IMG/VR virus record: IMGVR_UViG_3300047548_000345 | Span: 1-59,795 of that record | Strand: one strand, 5' to 3' | Length of the DNA: 59,795 nt | From: a virus | Lineage: Duplodnaviria > Caudoviricetes | In this document: positions 16,459 through 27,258 of the stretch, piece by piece | Position numbering within the stretch: position 1 is the stretch's first letter | How the letters are laid out: each line of letters begins with the position of its first letter | The notes under the pieces: generated by a model | Seen by the model: the letters and a program-made list of their open reading frames with translations, nothing else | Told to the model about the DNA's origin: nothing | Databases searched by the model: none | Translations under genes and position numbers: made by a program

Positions 16459-16914
16459 TTACCAACTGGCCTGATAGTATATATCCCAGCCATCAAGATT
16501 AGCCGCTAGAATTTTTTTCAATTCTTCTTTCGTGGTCTTTAGATTTTCCCAATACCACTCATCAACATCACCTGAGCCAAAGAAGAATCCAGTTTGAGGC
16601 GGCAGTAAAGCCATAGCAGTCTCGTTATTATTTTCTTTCAAGACTTCTTCAATGATATTATACAGGTGTTGTAAGTCCTCTTTCTGCACGGACGATTGCT
16701 GACAATCATCTTTACCGTCTTGCACATTATCCACGAACCACTTATGAATTGCATTAGCCTTTCGCCAATACATCAATTCAGCGCGAACCTCGGTCGGCTT
16801 AGCAAAATCTCGTATCTCAGGAAAAACCGATGCAACGAGATTAGATTTCTTTACATCATCTTCATTGAAAGACCAGAGCTGACGCCGAGCTTCCAGATAC
16901 ATATCAAGACCCAT
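16459..16914 (-). CDS. Conserved hypothetical phage protein
   Basis: MGLDMYL...YWRKANAIHKWFV...LLPPQTGFFFG...YYQASW. Confidence 0.75.
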   Translation of the reverse strand: MGLDMYLEARRQLWSFNEDDVKKSNLVASVFPEIRDFAKPTEVRAELMYWRKANAIHKWFVDNVQDGKDDCQQSSVQKEDLQHLYNIIEEVLKENNNETAMALLPPQTGFFFGSGDVDEWYWENLKTTKEELKKILAANLDGWDIYYQASW

Positions 16915-16924
16915 AATAGACTCC

Positions 16925-17281
16925 TTACGCCACTTCCCAAGACATATCGGCTTCCGTCACAATAGTTTCGAGTCCATCGTATTCATCGATATAGTAGCGA
17001 GTGCCTTTCGGCAATTCAGCAATAACCAACGCCGAAAATCTTGTATCAGCCTCTTTACCCAACTCTTCGACAACTTGAACCAAGAACCGATCATCACGAC
17101 GAATATCGGACTCAAAAACATCTTCGCCGCTCTTGTCTTTCATTTCATAGTATTCACCGGCAATTTCGGACTTCTTGATTTCAAAACTATAGCCAGCAAG
17201 TTCCGCATATCGCCTGAGTGCAGCGTGAGAAAGGCCAAAGCCGCCGTAGCAACGGTTATAGACAATCTTAGTCGTTTCCAT
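16925..17281 (-). CDS. Conserved hypothetical phage protein
   Basis: KIVYNRCYGGFGLS, LVQVVEELG, IDEYDGLE. Confidence 0.75.
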   Translation of the reverse strand: METTKIVYNRCYGGFGLSHAALRRYAELAGYSFEIKKSEIAGEYYEMKDKSGEDVFESDIRRDDRFLVQVVEELGKEADTRFSALVIAELPKGTRYYIDEYDGLETIVTEADMSWEVA

Positions 17282-17377
17282 TTTTCACATCCATATAGTG
17301 TGTTACACCGAAGCCGATCATCATGATTGTGACGATAGCAAAGAACGGTGACATGACCAGAAAAATATCAGAGGAAC

Positions 17378-17539
17378 TCACTTCACGACTCCGCAAGCCT
17401 GATAAAACTTACGCACATCAAAGCGCGGATTGATACGAGCGCAAGCCGAAGCGACCGCGGCCGCCGCATTGAGGCGCTGATTAGGATCAAGCAGGTTGCG
17501 AATTTCTTGTGCGAGGATTTCAAAATCTTTACGGGACAT
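17378..17539 (-). CDS. Small early hypothetical protein
   Basis: Manual: MSRKDFEILA...NPRFDVRKFYQACG. Confidence 0.6.
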   Translation of the reverse strand: MSRKDFEILAQEIRNLLDPNQRLNAAAAVASACARINPRFDVRKFYQACGVVK

Positions 17540-17543
17540 TCTA

Positions 17544-17702
17544 TTAACCTTCCATCTCTTGTTCGATCACATCATATTGGCAGTAACCATATTCTTTTTG
17601 TGAACGTGCTACATAAGCCTCAGCAGATCCACGAGTGCGGAAAACGCCGACCACTTCTGCATTTTCATATAAGAAGTATCTGGTCACAACGAAGACGGTC
17701 AT
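17544..17702 (-). CDS. Small early hypothetical protein
   Basis: Manual: MTVFVVTRY...VVGVFRTRGSAEAY. Confidence 0.55.
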   Translation of the reverse strand: MTVFVVTRYFLYENAEVVGVFRTRGSAEAYVARSQKEYGYCQYDVIEQEMEG

Positions 17703-17729
17703 AGAGCACCTTTCAACCGATTATGCTCT

Positions 17730-17800
17730 ATAATAACACAACTGGAGGGCTGGTCAAGCATATTTTTGCATACCTGACCAGACCTCCATGCATAGCTAAG
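17730..17800 (-). promoter_or_regulatory. Early promoter with conserved upstream block (copy 1)
   Basis: TTGACC-16-TATTAT; ~50 bp shared with 52996-53045. Confidence 0.7.
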
Positions 17801-17834
17801 TGCTTGATTTTACTAGGTTTACCTAACGTAAGGT

Positions 17835-18077
17835 CTATTCCGTAACGTCAAATTCACGCATAAAACTATCGTCCAGGCTCTCAGGAACCTTGATGGTTCT
17901 GAGCATAAAGGATGGAGTAAAGCCAGCGAAGCCGCCGCCTTTTTCAAGGAATCTTGCATAATCTTCTGCGTCTTCTTGAAAGACAAAGGCATCAACAATC
18001 TGTTCTGTCTGGTTTTCAGCCACAGCCCAGAAAAAGTCCTGATCATCTTGAATGGTAACCACTTGATAGTTCATCAT
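17835..18077 (-). CDS. Hypothetical protein
   Basis: ORF track; GGGFAGFTPSF. Confidence 0.65.
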   Translation of the reverse strand: MMNYQVVTIQDDQDFFWAVAENQTEQIVDAFVFQEDAEDYARFLEKGGGFAGFTPSFMLRTIKVPESLDDSFMREFDVTE

Positions 18078-19456
18078 ACCACCTTTAACTTTTTGAATTT
18101 GTCTTTGTTTGAAGATTGATTAGTCGTAACTTGTGCAGACTGACCGCTATCGATAATATCGATTTGAGCCGAGTTTTCAACATCGAATAGTTTCATCTTT
18201 GCTCTATCAATACCAATCACAAACCTCTTGTTCATTGTGGGATCATTATAACGGTTCTTCAACTGTTTGACCATGAGTTGACCGAGTTGTTCAAGTTCTT
18301 CGGTGCTGATCAAGGCAAACATGAAGTCAGCCGTTGCAGGCAAGCCAAAGGATTCAGAAGTATCGGTCAAATCAACATCGGAGTTAGAATAACCACTTCT
18401 TGTCGTTTGTGTTGCAGAGACGAGAGGAATTTCATACTCAACAGCCAAGCCACGAAGTTCTTCTGCAATAGACTTGATGTATGTGTATGAGTTGACACTA
18501 CCACCTGGCTTCACGCGAGATGACATACAGATATTGAGATAGTCAACAAAGATAATATCTGGCTTGAAAGACTTCTTCAAATTCAATTCATTCAACAAAG
18601 CCTTGAAATGAATTGTCGATGCGCCAGCAGTGGGGTATTCTTTGATGATAAGTTTGCCATCGGTTCTTGATTTTACTGACATGGCTTTCTTCTCATACAT
18701 TTCTTTTGACAAAGACATGAGGTCTTCAAAAGAAACATTCATGAGATTAGCATCGATACGCTTTGCAACTTCTTCTTCGGCCAATTCAAGGGTGATATAC
18801 AGAACATTTTTGCCTTGATTGAGACATGCAGCAGCCACATGACACATGAACAAGGACTTACCGACACCAGTGCCAGCAAGAGCCACATTCAGAGTTTTCT
18901 TAGGCAAACCGTTTTTGGTGATCTTGTTGAAGAAGTCTAGATCAAATGGAATCTTTTCTTGAACGCGATGATAGTATTCATAACGATCATCGAAGTCTTC
19001 AAGATAATCATGACCAACATTCGGATCAAAAGATACGGCTAGTGCATCAGAAAGCAATTGAGGGATGGCACCCTTTGTGAGAGCGCCACCCTTATCATTC
19101 ATGATTTCTATTGATGACATGATTGCATGATAGATAGCTTTTTCTTGACAAAACTTCTCAGTCTTCTCAGAAAGCCAATCAACATTCGTATCAATGGAAT
19201 CTTGATGCAGTTCTTCAATTGTTTTAACAATCGACTTTACTTGATCTTCTTTGACATTACGGAGACTATCAATCTCCAATGTCAATGCATCAGGTGTCGG
19301 CAGATTGTTATATTTTAGAATGAAGTCCTTGATCTCACGAAAAAGGACTCTATCCTCTTCAACCGTGAAATACTCATCCTTTAGAAACGGAAGAACTTTC
19401 CGCATGAACGGTTCGTTCTTCATCAGGTTCTTCAAGATAGTCTTCTCGATTTGCAT
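18074..19456 (-). CDS. 41: Replicative helicase gp41
   Basis: LAGTGVGKSL, YITLE, FVDYLNIC, ATQTTR, SESFGLPATAD, KQLKNRY. Confidence 0.97.
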   Translation of the reverse strand: MQIEKTILKNLMKNEPFMRKVLPFLKDEYFTVEEDRVLFREIKDFILKYNNLPTPDALTLEIDSLRNVKEDQVKSIVKTIEELHQDSIDTNVDWLSEKTEKFCQEKAIYHAIMSSIEIMNDKGGALTKGAIPQLLSDALAVSFDPNVGHDYLEDFDDRYEYYHRVQEKIPFDLDFFNKITKNGLPKKTLNVALAGTGVGKSLFMCHVAAACLNQGKNVLYITLELAEEEVAKRIDANLMNVSFEDLMSLSKEMYEKKAMSVKSRTDGKLIIKEYPTAGASTIHFKALLNELNLKKSFKPDIIFVDYLNICMSSRVKPGGSVNSYTYIKSIAEELRGLAVEYEIPLVSATQTTRSGYSNSDVDLTDTSESFGLPATADFMFALISTEELEQLGQLMVKQLKNRYNDPTMNKRFVIGIDRAKMKLFDVENSAQIDIIDSGQSAQVTTNQSSNKDKFKKLKVV

Positions 19457-19745
19457 CTGCCTGTCCTTCTATCGATTCAAGAATAAGGTGGTTCAGTAAC
19501 AATCCTGCATGAGTTTCAAAACGAGTATCAGAACGAAGTTTCGTTTCTGAGTTGTCACCCATCTCTAACAAATCATATTGGAATTGTAGCTTGGCGGTAC
19601 CGTCTTCTAACTCTGAAACACCAACCTTAGTATAACGAAGTATAACACCTTTATACGGTCCTGTCAAGATTTCAATAGGAACAGTTTCAGTATTTTGATC
19701 TTTAATCAAATCATCTCTAAAGCGGAAATCACCATTTTCAATCAT
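19374..19745 (-). CDS. gp40-like head vertex assembly chaperone
   Basis: Position between uvsX and 41; IEILTGPYKG..Y..V...LQFQY. Confidence 0.55.
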   Translation of the reverse strand: MIENGDFRFRDDLIKDQNTETVPIEILTGPYKGVILRYTKVGVSELEDGTAKLQFQYDLLEMGDNSETKLRSDTRFETHAGLLLNHLILESIEGQADANREDYLEEPDEERTVHAESSSVSKG

Positions 19746-19902
19746 TGTTTGCCTCCGCTTTCAAGGCTTGTTTAATCAGGTATTGGAGTTGCTGTAGTTT
19801 TTCTTCGTCTGTGCTTTCAGAAACCATAACACCTTCCATTCGTCTCAGAATATCAATTACCCAAGTATATTGAACTTGTAAAAGTAAACTTTCATCAATC
19901 AT
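19738..19902 (-). CDS. Hypothetical protein
   Basis: Translationally coupled ORF. Confidence 0.45.
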   Translation of the reverse strand: MIDESLLLQVQYTWVIDILRRMEGVMVSESTDEEKLQQLQYLIKQALKAEANND

Positions 19903-20962
19903 TGTCTTCCTCCTCAACATCTTCATCTACGGTATCGGCTGCACCACCATATAAGAACTCTTTCTTGCAAGCCTCATCAATTTGATCTAAGATATCCTGA
20001 GTGAAGAATTTCTCAGGGTTCTTGACAATCTGTGACTCGAAAGCCTTTGAACCATCAGGTAATTCATATCGAGTTGAGACTTTCTTGAAGATGCCATACT
20101 TCTCGGCAATGTCAAGCAAACCATAATATGGATCAAGACCTGTCTGGTAATTTAGCCAAGTTTCAATCTTCTTATCTTCGATGGTCAAGCGAGCCTTCTT
20201 TGAATGTGCAGTGACAACGGTACCTGTGCGGCCGCTATCATCATCAAGCATCTTATCTTTCTTCTTTGAGAGGAAGATAATTGTCGATGCGGCATATTCA
20301 AGACCAGAACCACCACCCATCTTCTTTGTTGGCACATAAGCACCGACAACATCATAGATGTGGTTCGTAACAATCAATGGCACCTTAGCCTTACCGAGTT
20401 TCAGTGTCAGAACACGGAAAGCGCCGCGAATAAGTTGTGCGCGGGTCATGTCGCGTGTGTCTTTACCATCAGCAATGTCAGCCATTTCTTTCTCTGTTGA
20501 AAGATTGCCGAGAGAGTCGAGGACAAAAACCATCGGCGGCTTGTCACCCTTTTGATCAATATACTTGTCGAGGATCTTTACAGCCTGTGTGCGAAACTCC
20601 TGAATGGTTGCAACAGGAACAATCGCAACACGCTTTGTATCTACACCACGATCTGCAAGCATCTGCTTAGAGATAGCCGACTCAGATTCGAAGTAGAAAA
20701 TAAAACCGTTTGGATTGTCTTGAAGGAACTGGCGACAAATGTTGATTGCATAGAATGTCTTACCAGTTGAAGGTTCACCAGCGAGTGCGGTGACTTTGTT
20801 TGCAGGAAGCCCACCATAGATGGAACCTGAAAGTAGTGCATTGAGACTGTAACTGCCGGTGCCGATGAAACCAGTAACGTCACCAGCTTCCACACCATCA
20901 TCTACAATACCTGCATACTCATTACCTGTCTCCTTGAGGAGACTTGAAAAAATATCAGCCAT
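19895..20962 (-). CDS. uvsX: RecA-like recombinase UvsX
   Basis: [36 protein letters not shown]. Confidence 0.95.
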   Translation of the reverse strand: MADIFSSLLKETGNEYAGIVDDGVEAGDVTGFIGTGSYSLNALLSGSIYGGLPANKVTALAGEPSTGKTFYAINICRQFLQDNPNGFIFYFESESAISKQMLADRGVDTKRVAIVPVATIQEFRTQAVKILDKYIDQKGDKPPMVFVLDSLGNLSTEKEMADIADGKDTRDMTRAQLIRGAFRVLTLKLGKAKVPLIVTNHIYDVVGAYVPTKKMGGGSGLEYAASTIIFLSKKKDKMLDDDSGRTGTVVTAHSKKARLTIEDKKIETWLNYQTGLDPYYGLLDIAEKYGIFKKVSTRYELPDGSKAFESQIVKNPEKFFTQDILDQIDEACKKEFLYGGAADTVDEDVEEEDND

Positions 20963-20972
20963 AAGTTTCTCC

Positions 20973-21320
20973 TTATTGTGGCGGTCTTTTAATATCGGAT
21001 TCTTCGGTAATCTCACCGAGTTGAACTTCGATTGCTACAAGACCTGTTTCATGTGCAGTAACTTTATGTAATCTTCCTACTGGAACTACAAAGGTGTCAC
21101 CTGCTTTGACCTCAAATGTTTTTTCACCCAACTTGACGATGCCTTCTCCACCTACAATACACCATGTTTCAGAACGATGTTCGTGCCATTGTAAACTAAT
21201 GGCTTGATTAGGTTCAATCGTCAGTTTCTTTACTTTGTAACCTTTTCCTTTTTCGATTACTTCCCACAATCCCCACGGCCTTTTCTCCGCTTCGATTGTG
21301 TTGACTTTGAAGTCCGTCAC
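20973..21320 (-). CDS. Mannose-6-phosphate isomerase type II C-terminal cupin
   Basis: [27 protein letters not shown]. Confidence 0.85.
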   Translation of the reverse strand: MTDFKVNTIEAEKRPWGLWEVIEKGKGYKVKKLTIEPNQAISLQWHEHRSETWCIVGGEGIVKLGEKTFEVKAGDTFVVPVGRLHKVTAHETGLVAIEVQLGEITEESDIKRPPQ

Positions 21321-22089
21321 TCGTCACCTCGCTCATATCTAAAAACTCAGGAACACTATCACGATTTTTTGATACATTGTAGGCTAATAACAATAGAATA
21401 GCCAAAGGATCAAAAACGAATATAAGAAGTATTATAACAAATCGGATGGCTTTGTCAACCACTTCTTTATCAGAACCGCCATAAATTATCTCAGCCACAT
21501 ACTTGATTGGACCAACTTCGGCTTCGATCTTCTTAAACTCAGATTCAAACTTGATCTTTTCTGTCTTTAGCAGAGATAGCTTTTTGATTTCTTCTTGTTT
21601 ACGATTGACAAGTTCCGTTCTCGTCTTACGTTGCTGGTCTGCGGCTCTTAGTGATGACTGTGCTTGGTTTCTCTCAGTCATCTTATCGATAGCACTATCA
21701 ATCTGTGCTACCTGTTTATCTATATCGTATATAGAATCTTCAATAAACTTTATCTGGCTATCAACGACCTGTATCTGCTCGGTGACGCCTGTGTTTAGTG
21801 ACAGAGTTTGTTCTATGTGTGCTTTTGAAAGGAAACCAAATATACCCATGCTGGTGATTAGCATGAGAACGGTAACAGCCACAGTCAAGTAGTATTTGAT
21901 AAACCTTGGTGCAACCGACCAATTATTGTAGAGCCATGATGTGGCTACAAGTTTGCCTACTTCTAACACAGAACCCATGATAACGATAGGCCAAAATGCA
22001 CCAGCAAATATCGTGGTCAAGCCGACAATCGAATAGAAAGCGGCGACCATCGATATTGCGATGCCAGTTAGAAAGACTAGAATGTTCAT
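21214..22089 (-). CDS. Multi-TM plus coiled-coil membrane protein
   Basis: TSMGIFGFLSKAH, EVGPIKY, FVFDPLA. Confidence 0.65.
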   Translation of the reverse strand: MNILVFLTGIAISMVAAFYSIVGLTTIFAGAFWPIVIMGSVLEVGKLVATSWLYNNWSVAPRFIKYYLTVAVTVLMLITSMGIFGFLSKAHIEQTLSLNTGVTEQIQVVDSQIKFIEDSIYDIDKQVAQIDSAIDKMTERNQAQSSLRAADQQRKTRTELVNRKQEEIKKLSLLKTEKIKFESEFKKIEAEVGPIKYVAEIIYGGSDKEVVDKAIRFVIILLIFVFDPLAILLLLAYNVSKNRDSVPEFLDMSEVTSDGLQSQHNRSGEKAVGIVGSNRKRKRLQSKETDD

Positions 22090-22097
22090 GCAGCTAT

Positions 22098-24650
22098 TTA
22101 GCTAAAGAAAGCCGCTAGACTTGATACATGCTCTGTCTTCCAGCCAATGCTATCCAAGACAATCTTCAAAGGCTCAACAAAAGACTTTTCATATTGTGTA
22201 TCATAGTCGATGAACTTAGCAATTTCAAATTCAGGCGGAATCATATTCGGGAATGAAATGATGTTGCTCTGAATTGTGTTTGGTTCTTTGAGATAGATAA
22301 ATTTGATCTTCTCACCTTCTTTGATCAACTCATACTTCTTGGTCAACTTGTGCTTCTGCAACAGGTGATTATAGACAAGAGAACCACGAACATGAATTGG
22401 TGTCTTGTCACCATAGATTGCATTGCCTGTGCCTTTATACTTCGTGAGACCATTCACGCCACGAGGAAAGGCAATGTCAGCAGGATTAAGTGTCTTAAAC
22501 TCCTGTCTGAAATCATCGATGAATTGAATGACGGAATCTTCATCTTTGTTGAAGATAAGATCAATGGCGTGCCACAACTTTTCTTTACAAGCCGATGGTG
22601 TGGATGACTTGATCATTTCAAGACCCATCACCTTCAACTTTGGCTTTGCATACTGCACGCCTTCATTGTTATGCACGTTGAGAATGTAACGCTTCTTAGC
22701 TGTCCAGATACCTTTATCAGCAAGAGCCTCACGCTTCATCATCATTTTTTGTTGGAAGGCATTAACATATCGAGCAAGTTCAGCATAAGACTTGTCAATA
22801 AATGGCTGAATTTTAGCTTCACAGATTTTGTCCATGAAGGCGATAACTTCTGCTGTTCCAGCAGATGGATTCTGGTCAACAATAGTCGCGTTGACCAATC
22901 GACCCATAGACAGATAAATCGAATCCGTATCACTTGCAATAACATAATCTTCACCTTCAGTTTTAAGGATCTTGTTCATATATTCATTCATCTTCTTTTC
23001 AATCCAACGGATCGACAACTGACCAGATGTGGTGATTGCTGTCGCCTGTCGAATATCGAAGAAGCGAAAATATTCATTGCCTAGCGCACCGTAAGCTGAG
23101 TTCAAACAAACTTTCTTAGCCAACTGTAGATTGTTATAACGAGCAATTCGTTTTTCAATCTCAAATCGTTTAGCTTTGTCAGTTTCTTTTTCTAGTTCTT
23201 TCTTAGCCTCGATTGCTTTGCTCTTATACTTAGTGCGATCATTATACATTGTCTCCATCATTTCAGGCAGAAAGCCTTGCTTATCTGCGCGGAAGAAATG
23301 ACCATTAGGTGTGAGCGTAACACCAAGTTCTTTGAGACCACTTGTATCGATTTCTTGATCAAGCAAAGAATCCACAGATACACCACGAATACGGTGTAAC
23401 TCAGTAGGCCAATTACTTGGATCAATAAACATCTCAGGTGAAATGTTATACTGCATAATCAAATGCGGATATAGAGAGTTTAAGTCAAACGATGCAACCC
23501 ACTTATGCATACCGATAATCGGATCTTTCACATATGCACCAACATATGCGGCATCTTTCCTATTCTGTGTGATAGGTGGAATGACAAGGTTTTGTTCACG
23601 CAAATGATTATAGATTAGTGCATCCCACATTCTAACTTGTGCGAACACATCATCATAGTTTGTCTTACTATCATAGGCTAGAGTGAGAGCGAGTTCAATC
23701 AGTTTCAATTTATCATCTAGGCGTTCAATGAGTTCCACGTCCTTGATGTTATACTCAATGAACAATTGATAGTTATCACGATAGAGTGAATGTAGATTGC
23801 CATATTCTTCATACGACAACTTACGCTCACCCAATTCAACATGGGCAATGTTATCAAGTTTATAGGATTCTTGCGACTTGCCTTCAGGAGCATATCGCTG
23901 ATACAGATCGATATAATCTAGATTAGAAATACCGAGAATGTTATATGTTTTGAATTGGCGACCAGGCCCAAAGTTAACCTCACGTTCATTCAAAACACCC
24001 CAAGGCGAGAGACGCTTTGCAGTGTCCTCGCCGAGCAAGTTGCGAATACGATTGACAAGATAAGGAACGTCGAACAGCTTCACGTTCCAGCCAGTGATAA
24101 TATCTGGATAATCACCTTCCCACTCATCAATGAACCGCTTGATCAAATCAATTTCATCACGGCACTTGATATAGCGAACATCATCACGGACGTTATTGAA
24201 GTCGCCGCAACCAAGCACGATAAATTTACCACTACCCATCTTCATGGTAATGGCTGTGATAGGTTCACGCGCATCATTAGGCTCAGGGAAACCATTCTCT
24301 GAACCGACCTCAATATCGATGTTGCAGACGTTGATGAAGTCTAAGTCCCAATCAACTTCATGCGGATGATTGTCAGAGATAAAAACATATTCATACTTCT
24401 GATTGCCATAAATCTTGAAGCCATCAACGCCTTCATACTGCTTTACGAAATCACGACAATCACGGATATTACCTGGCTTCATCTCAGCCAAGTATTCACC
24501 TGTGACAGTCTTAAACTCCGTCGGTTTGTTTGAAGGAACGAAAAGAGTAGGATGATAGTCCACTTTATTGCGAACGCGGCGCCCGTTATGGACGCCGCGA
24601 TACAAAATTCTAGAACCATATACTACAACATTAGTGTAGAAATCTTTCAT
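22098..24650 (-). CDS. 43: Family B DNA polymerase gp43
   Basis: DIEV exo I, SFDLNSLYPHLI, KKVCLNSAYG, ASDTDS, KKRY. Confidence 0.98.
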   Translation of the reverse strand: MKDFYTNVVVYGSRILYRGVHNGRRVRNKVDYHPTLFVPSNKPTEFKTVTGEYLAEMKPGNIRDCRDFVKQYEGVDGFKIYGNQKYEYVFISDNHPHEVDWDLDFINVCNIDIEVGSENGFPEPNDAREPITAITMKMGSGKFIVLGCGDFNNVRDDVRYIKCRDEIDLIKRFIDEWEGDYPDIITGWNVKLFDVPYLVNRIRNLLGEDTAKRLSPWGVLNEREVNFGPGRQFKTYNILGISNLDYIDLYQRYAPEGKSQESYKLDNIAHVELGERKLSYEEYGNLHSLYRDNYQLFIEYNIKDVELIERLDDKLKLIELALTLAYDSKTNYDDVFAQVRMWDALIYNHLREQNLVIPPITQNRKDAAYVGAYVKDPIIGMHKWVASFDLNSLYPHLIMQYNISPEMFIDPSNWPTELHRIRGVSVDSLLDQEIDTSGLKELGVTLTPNGHFFRADKQGFLPEMMETMYNDRTKYKSKAIEAKKELEKETDKAKRFEIEKRIARYNNLQLAKKVCLNSAYGALGNEYFRFFDIRQATAITTSGQLSIRWIEKKMNEYMNKILKTEGEDYVIASDTDSIYLSMGRLVNATIVDQNPSAGTAEVIAFMDKICEAKIQPFIDKSYAELARYVNAFQQKMMMKREALADKGIWTAKKRYILNVHNNEGVQYAKPKLKVMGLEMIKSSTPSACKEKLWHAIDLIFNKDEDSVIQFIDDFRQEFKTLNPADIAFPRGVNGLTKYKGTGNAIYGDKTPIHVRGSLVYNHLLQKHKLTKKYELIKEGEKIKFIYLKEPNTIQSNIISFPNMIPPEFEIAKFIDYDTQYEKSFVEPLKIVLDSIGWKTEHVSSLAAFFS

Positions 24651-24955
24651 TACGGTACAATTAGCTTGTTTGTGGGTGCGATGATTCCGCCGAACATAGT
24701 GTTGTATTGATTTACAAACTCTTTTACCGGCGTCATTGTAACTATAACATGAGCCTTATGAATTGTAAACTCTTTTTCTTCGGAAAACTCCGCCCAAGGT
24801 GCGAAGCCAACCGTAGGAGTTTTAGGATCAGTTTTAGATGGAATGATAGCAACGCGGACAGGATTCTTTACCGTAATATGCGTATCTGTTTCTGTGGTAT
24901 CACCGAGCATTTCAATGCCATCGATGAGACGGTGAAGTTTTACATTTAGTGCCAT
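24650..24955 (-). CDS. Conserved hypothetical (Sm-like fold?) protein
   Basis: Typical gene 43 neighbour; GFAPW, VNQY..MFG.I..P. Confidence 0.6.
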   Translation of the reverse strand: MALNVKLHRLIDGIEMLGDTTETDTHITVKNPVRVAIIPSKTDPKTPTVGFAPWAEFSEEKEFTIHKAHVIVTMTPVKEFVNQYNTMFGGIIAPTNKLIVP

Positions 24956-25161
24956 TAGTCAACAATCTCCAAAAGATAATCATACACACCAATCGTAACC
25001 CACTTTTCAGGGATCAAGGTCACGCGAGAACCTGATTCCGTGTTGTAGGTATACTTGCTATCATAGTCCACAATCTTAGCCAATCTCTCCCACTTTCCGT
25101 CAAACTCACGCTGACGAAGTTGAGTTTCGAGAATGTTAAGGCCGTATTCAGAACCACGCAT
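24955..25161 (-). CDS. Hypothetical protein
   Basis: ORF track. Confidence 0.5.
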   Translation of the reverse strand: MRGSEYGLNILETQLRQREFDGKWERLAKIVDYDSKYTYNTESGSRVTLIPEKWVTIGVYDYLLEIVD

Positions 25162-25172
25162 AGTTTTTCCTT

Positions 25173-25448
25173 TCAAAATCCAATACCAAAATAATTGTTT
25201 TGACTTTCAAGTTCAAAGTCGCCTGCATCTAATCCTTTTTGGATGCAATTATCACATATCATACCACGTTTATAGTTATCTGTCAAGACATTATATAATT
25301 CTCCATCTGCGATGACTGAACCATAATGTCCTACAAGATAGGTTTGACCACCAAAATCAAAGATTGTGGCTGAACAACGATGTGATTGTTCATATTCTTT
25401 ACCGAAGAGGTTTTTGAATTTCGCACCACAAGTTTTACAGGTTGCCAT
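25173..25448 (-). CDS. Cys-rich hypothetical protein
   Basis: CKTC...GHYGS...ICDNC. Confidence 0.55.
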   Translation of the reverse strand: MATCKTCGAKFKNLFGKEYEQSHRCSATIFDFGGQTYLVGHYGSVIADGELYNVLTDNYKRGMICDNCIQKGLDAGDFELESQNNYFGIGF

Positions 25449-25450
25449 GA

Positions 25451-26125
25451 TTAATCCCACAGAGCGTGATAGTATTTGCCAAATAGCATCATTGCATGAT
25501 TACGCCTCTTCCAAGCCTTATCATATGCTTTTTTATCAAACACATGAGTATGGTTTGGACCGTTTTTCATCTGATAGGTCTTTTCACCATCATATTCACC
25601 GGCTTCGACCCATGTATAATCAAACTCACCTGAATGAAACTGGCTATCCCAGTCTTCATCAAGCATACACTCAAAAGCCCAGATCATTTCATCAAGAACC
25701 CATTCCCAACGAGCCTCATGAAACTCATCTGTGTCCCATTCATCTTTTTTTGGTGGTGCAGCAGTCGAGCGTAAATGCTTTGGAACATCCTTATCTTCAA
25801 CAAAAGGTGAACCGTGCTTCGTTTCTTTTAGTTGAAGAAGCATAGGATGAATGATATGAGCTAGAGTATAATCCATGCTCCATGTATCATAGCGATCAAT
25901 GCGAACCTTGATCTTCTGTTTCTTCTTGTAAAAGTAATACTTATTGATTGTCGCATCAATAATATCTTGAATTACATCAAAGAAACTTTCTAACTTTTTA
26001 TCAAAGTTTGTCACCTCACTTGACTTAATCATATAGTAAGGCTTCTTATACTTCTTCTTTTGATACCAGTATAAGAGTGGTAAGACCGTCGCACGACCAG
26101 GATAAGGACCAATATCAACTTTCAT
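25451..26125 (-). CDS. Conserved hypothetical phage protein
   Basis: IDRYDTWSMDYTLA, WVLDEMIWAF, LFGKYYHALWD. Confidence 0.75.
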   Translation of the reverse strand: MKVDIGPYPGRATVLPLLYWYQKKKYKKPYYMIKSSEVTNFDKKLESFFDVIQDIIDATINKYYFYKKKQKIKVRIDRYDTWSMDYTLAHIIHPMLLQLKETKHGSPFVEDKDVPKHLRSTAAPPKKDEWDTDEFHEARWEWVLDEMIWAFECMLDEDWDSQFHSGEFDYTWVEAGEYDGEKTYQMKNGPNHTHVFDKKAYDKAWKRRNHAMMLFGKYYHALWD

Positions 26126-26549
26126 TCTTCTGTTCCTTAGAAAAGTTTTCTACACTTTCTAACAAAACCGCCTCAAGACCAATCTTAGCAAAAGTCTTGA
26201 CCATCTCATCACTAAGTTCAAACGTCACGGTTGCAGAACCGTCTTCATGCTCAACGATTCCATCAACCATGATTTTATCATCACCAGCTTTTTCACCTGT
26301 GATAACATCGTAGGTTTTCTTGAAGATACTATCTTTGCAAGGATAAAACTCACCATTCACACCCTTGATGATCCAATCGCCTTTTTCGGCTCGCATAGAA
26401 CCTTCTAGCGTCGGTATCATAATGTAAGGTGTGAGATTATCTTCGCGGAACTTTACAATACCTCCACACCATGAGGAAAGATATTTGATATTGTAATCAT
26501 CAATTTGTTCACCTTCAACTTCAATAGGCTTTTTACGAATACGCATCAT
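26115..26549 (-). CDS. Hypothetical phage protein
   Basis: RKKPIEVE, TLEG..GDWIIKGVNGEFYPCK..F..TY. Confidence 0.7.
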   Translation of the reverse strand: MMRIRKKPIEVEGEQIDDYNIKYLSSWCGGIVKFREDNLTPYIMIPTLEGSMRAEKGDWIIKGVNGEFYPCKDSIFKKTYDVITGEKAGDDKIMVDGIVEHEDGSATVTFELSDEMVKTFAKIGLEAVLLESVENFSKEQKNES

Positions 26550-27238
26550 ACAATTCCTATTTCTAAAGTATCTCTCAAAGATGGAAATTGTGCAGTCAAA
26601 GCATACCAAGCGGAATATGCAACTTCACGATGTTCGTGTTGAGTTTCAACACCACAACGCAATTGACAATAGTGAATCCATGAACGGACAGAACCAGTCA
26701 TATACATACGCGAAATAGTAAGACCTTCTGGCAGAACAGCACGGGCCTGTTCTTTTGCAATACCATTATTGATTGCCCATTCGTAGGCTTTTCGTGAAGC
26801 AATTGTTACATCAATCTGTGCATCTTCCCAATCTTTATATAACTCACGATGTTCAAGATTGTTAGCAGTGTCTAATTGAATTGAGTTTTGACGGTTCTTT
26901 GTATCTTGCAAACGAGCCGCGCGGCGTTCAAAACCGAGGTCTTTTGTAGGATCGGCATAACGCTGGCTAAACTCTTGAAACGAGAACGAACGATGCCGTA
27001 AAATCTGACGAGCAATGTCGCGTGTCGTTTCAATTTCCATACACACAGAAACCATTTCAAATGGTGACCAATGTTTATGTTTAGCCAAATACCGCAACAA
27101 CTTTGGTGCGGTCTCAGTATTGTTTTGATTTGAAGGATTAGAAACGCGGGCTACATAGGCAATAAGTTCATCGGCTGACTTACAGCCAGTAACACTTTCA
27201 ATCGGTTGCGTAACAGCAACCACTCTCGCATGATGCAT
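26546..27238 (-). CDS. thyX: Flavin-dependent thymidylate synthase
   Basis: HWSPFE, QILRHRSFSFQEFSQRY, EQARAVLP, TQHEHR. Confidence 0.95.
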   Translation of the reverse strand: MHHARVVAVTQPIESVTGCKSADELIAYVARVSNPSNQNNTETAPKLLRYLAKHKHWSPFEMVSVCMEIETTRDIARQILRHRSFSFQEFSQRYADPTKDLGFERRAARLQDTKNRQNSIQLDTANNLEHRELYKDWEDAQIDVTIASRKAYEWAINNGIAKEQARAVLPEGLTISRMYMTGSVRSWIHYCQLRCGVETQHEHREVAYSAWYALTAQFPSLRDTLEIGIV

Positions 27239-27258
27239 AGTTCACCTTTTATGAAAAA

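Noticed and set aside
18074-27238. Introns or inteins in genes 41, uvsX, 43, thyX
   Set aside because: ORFs are continuous and of normal length
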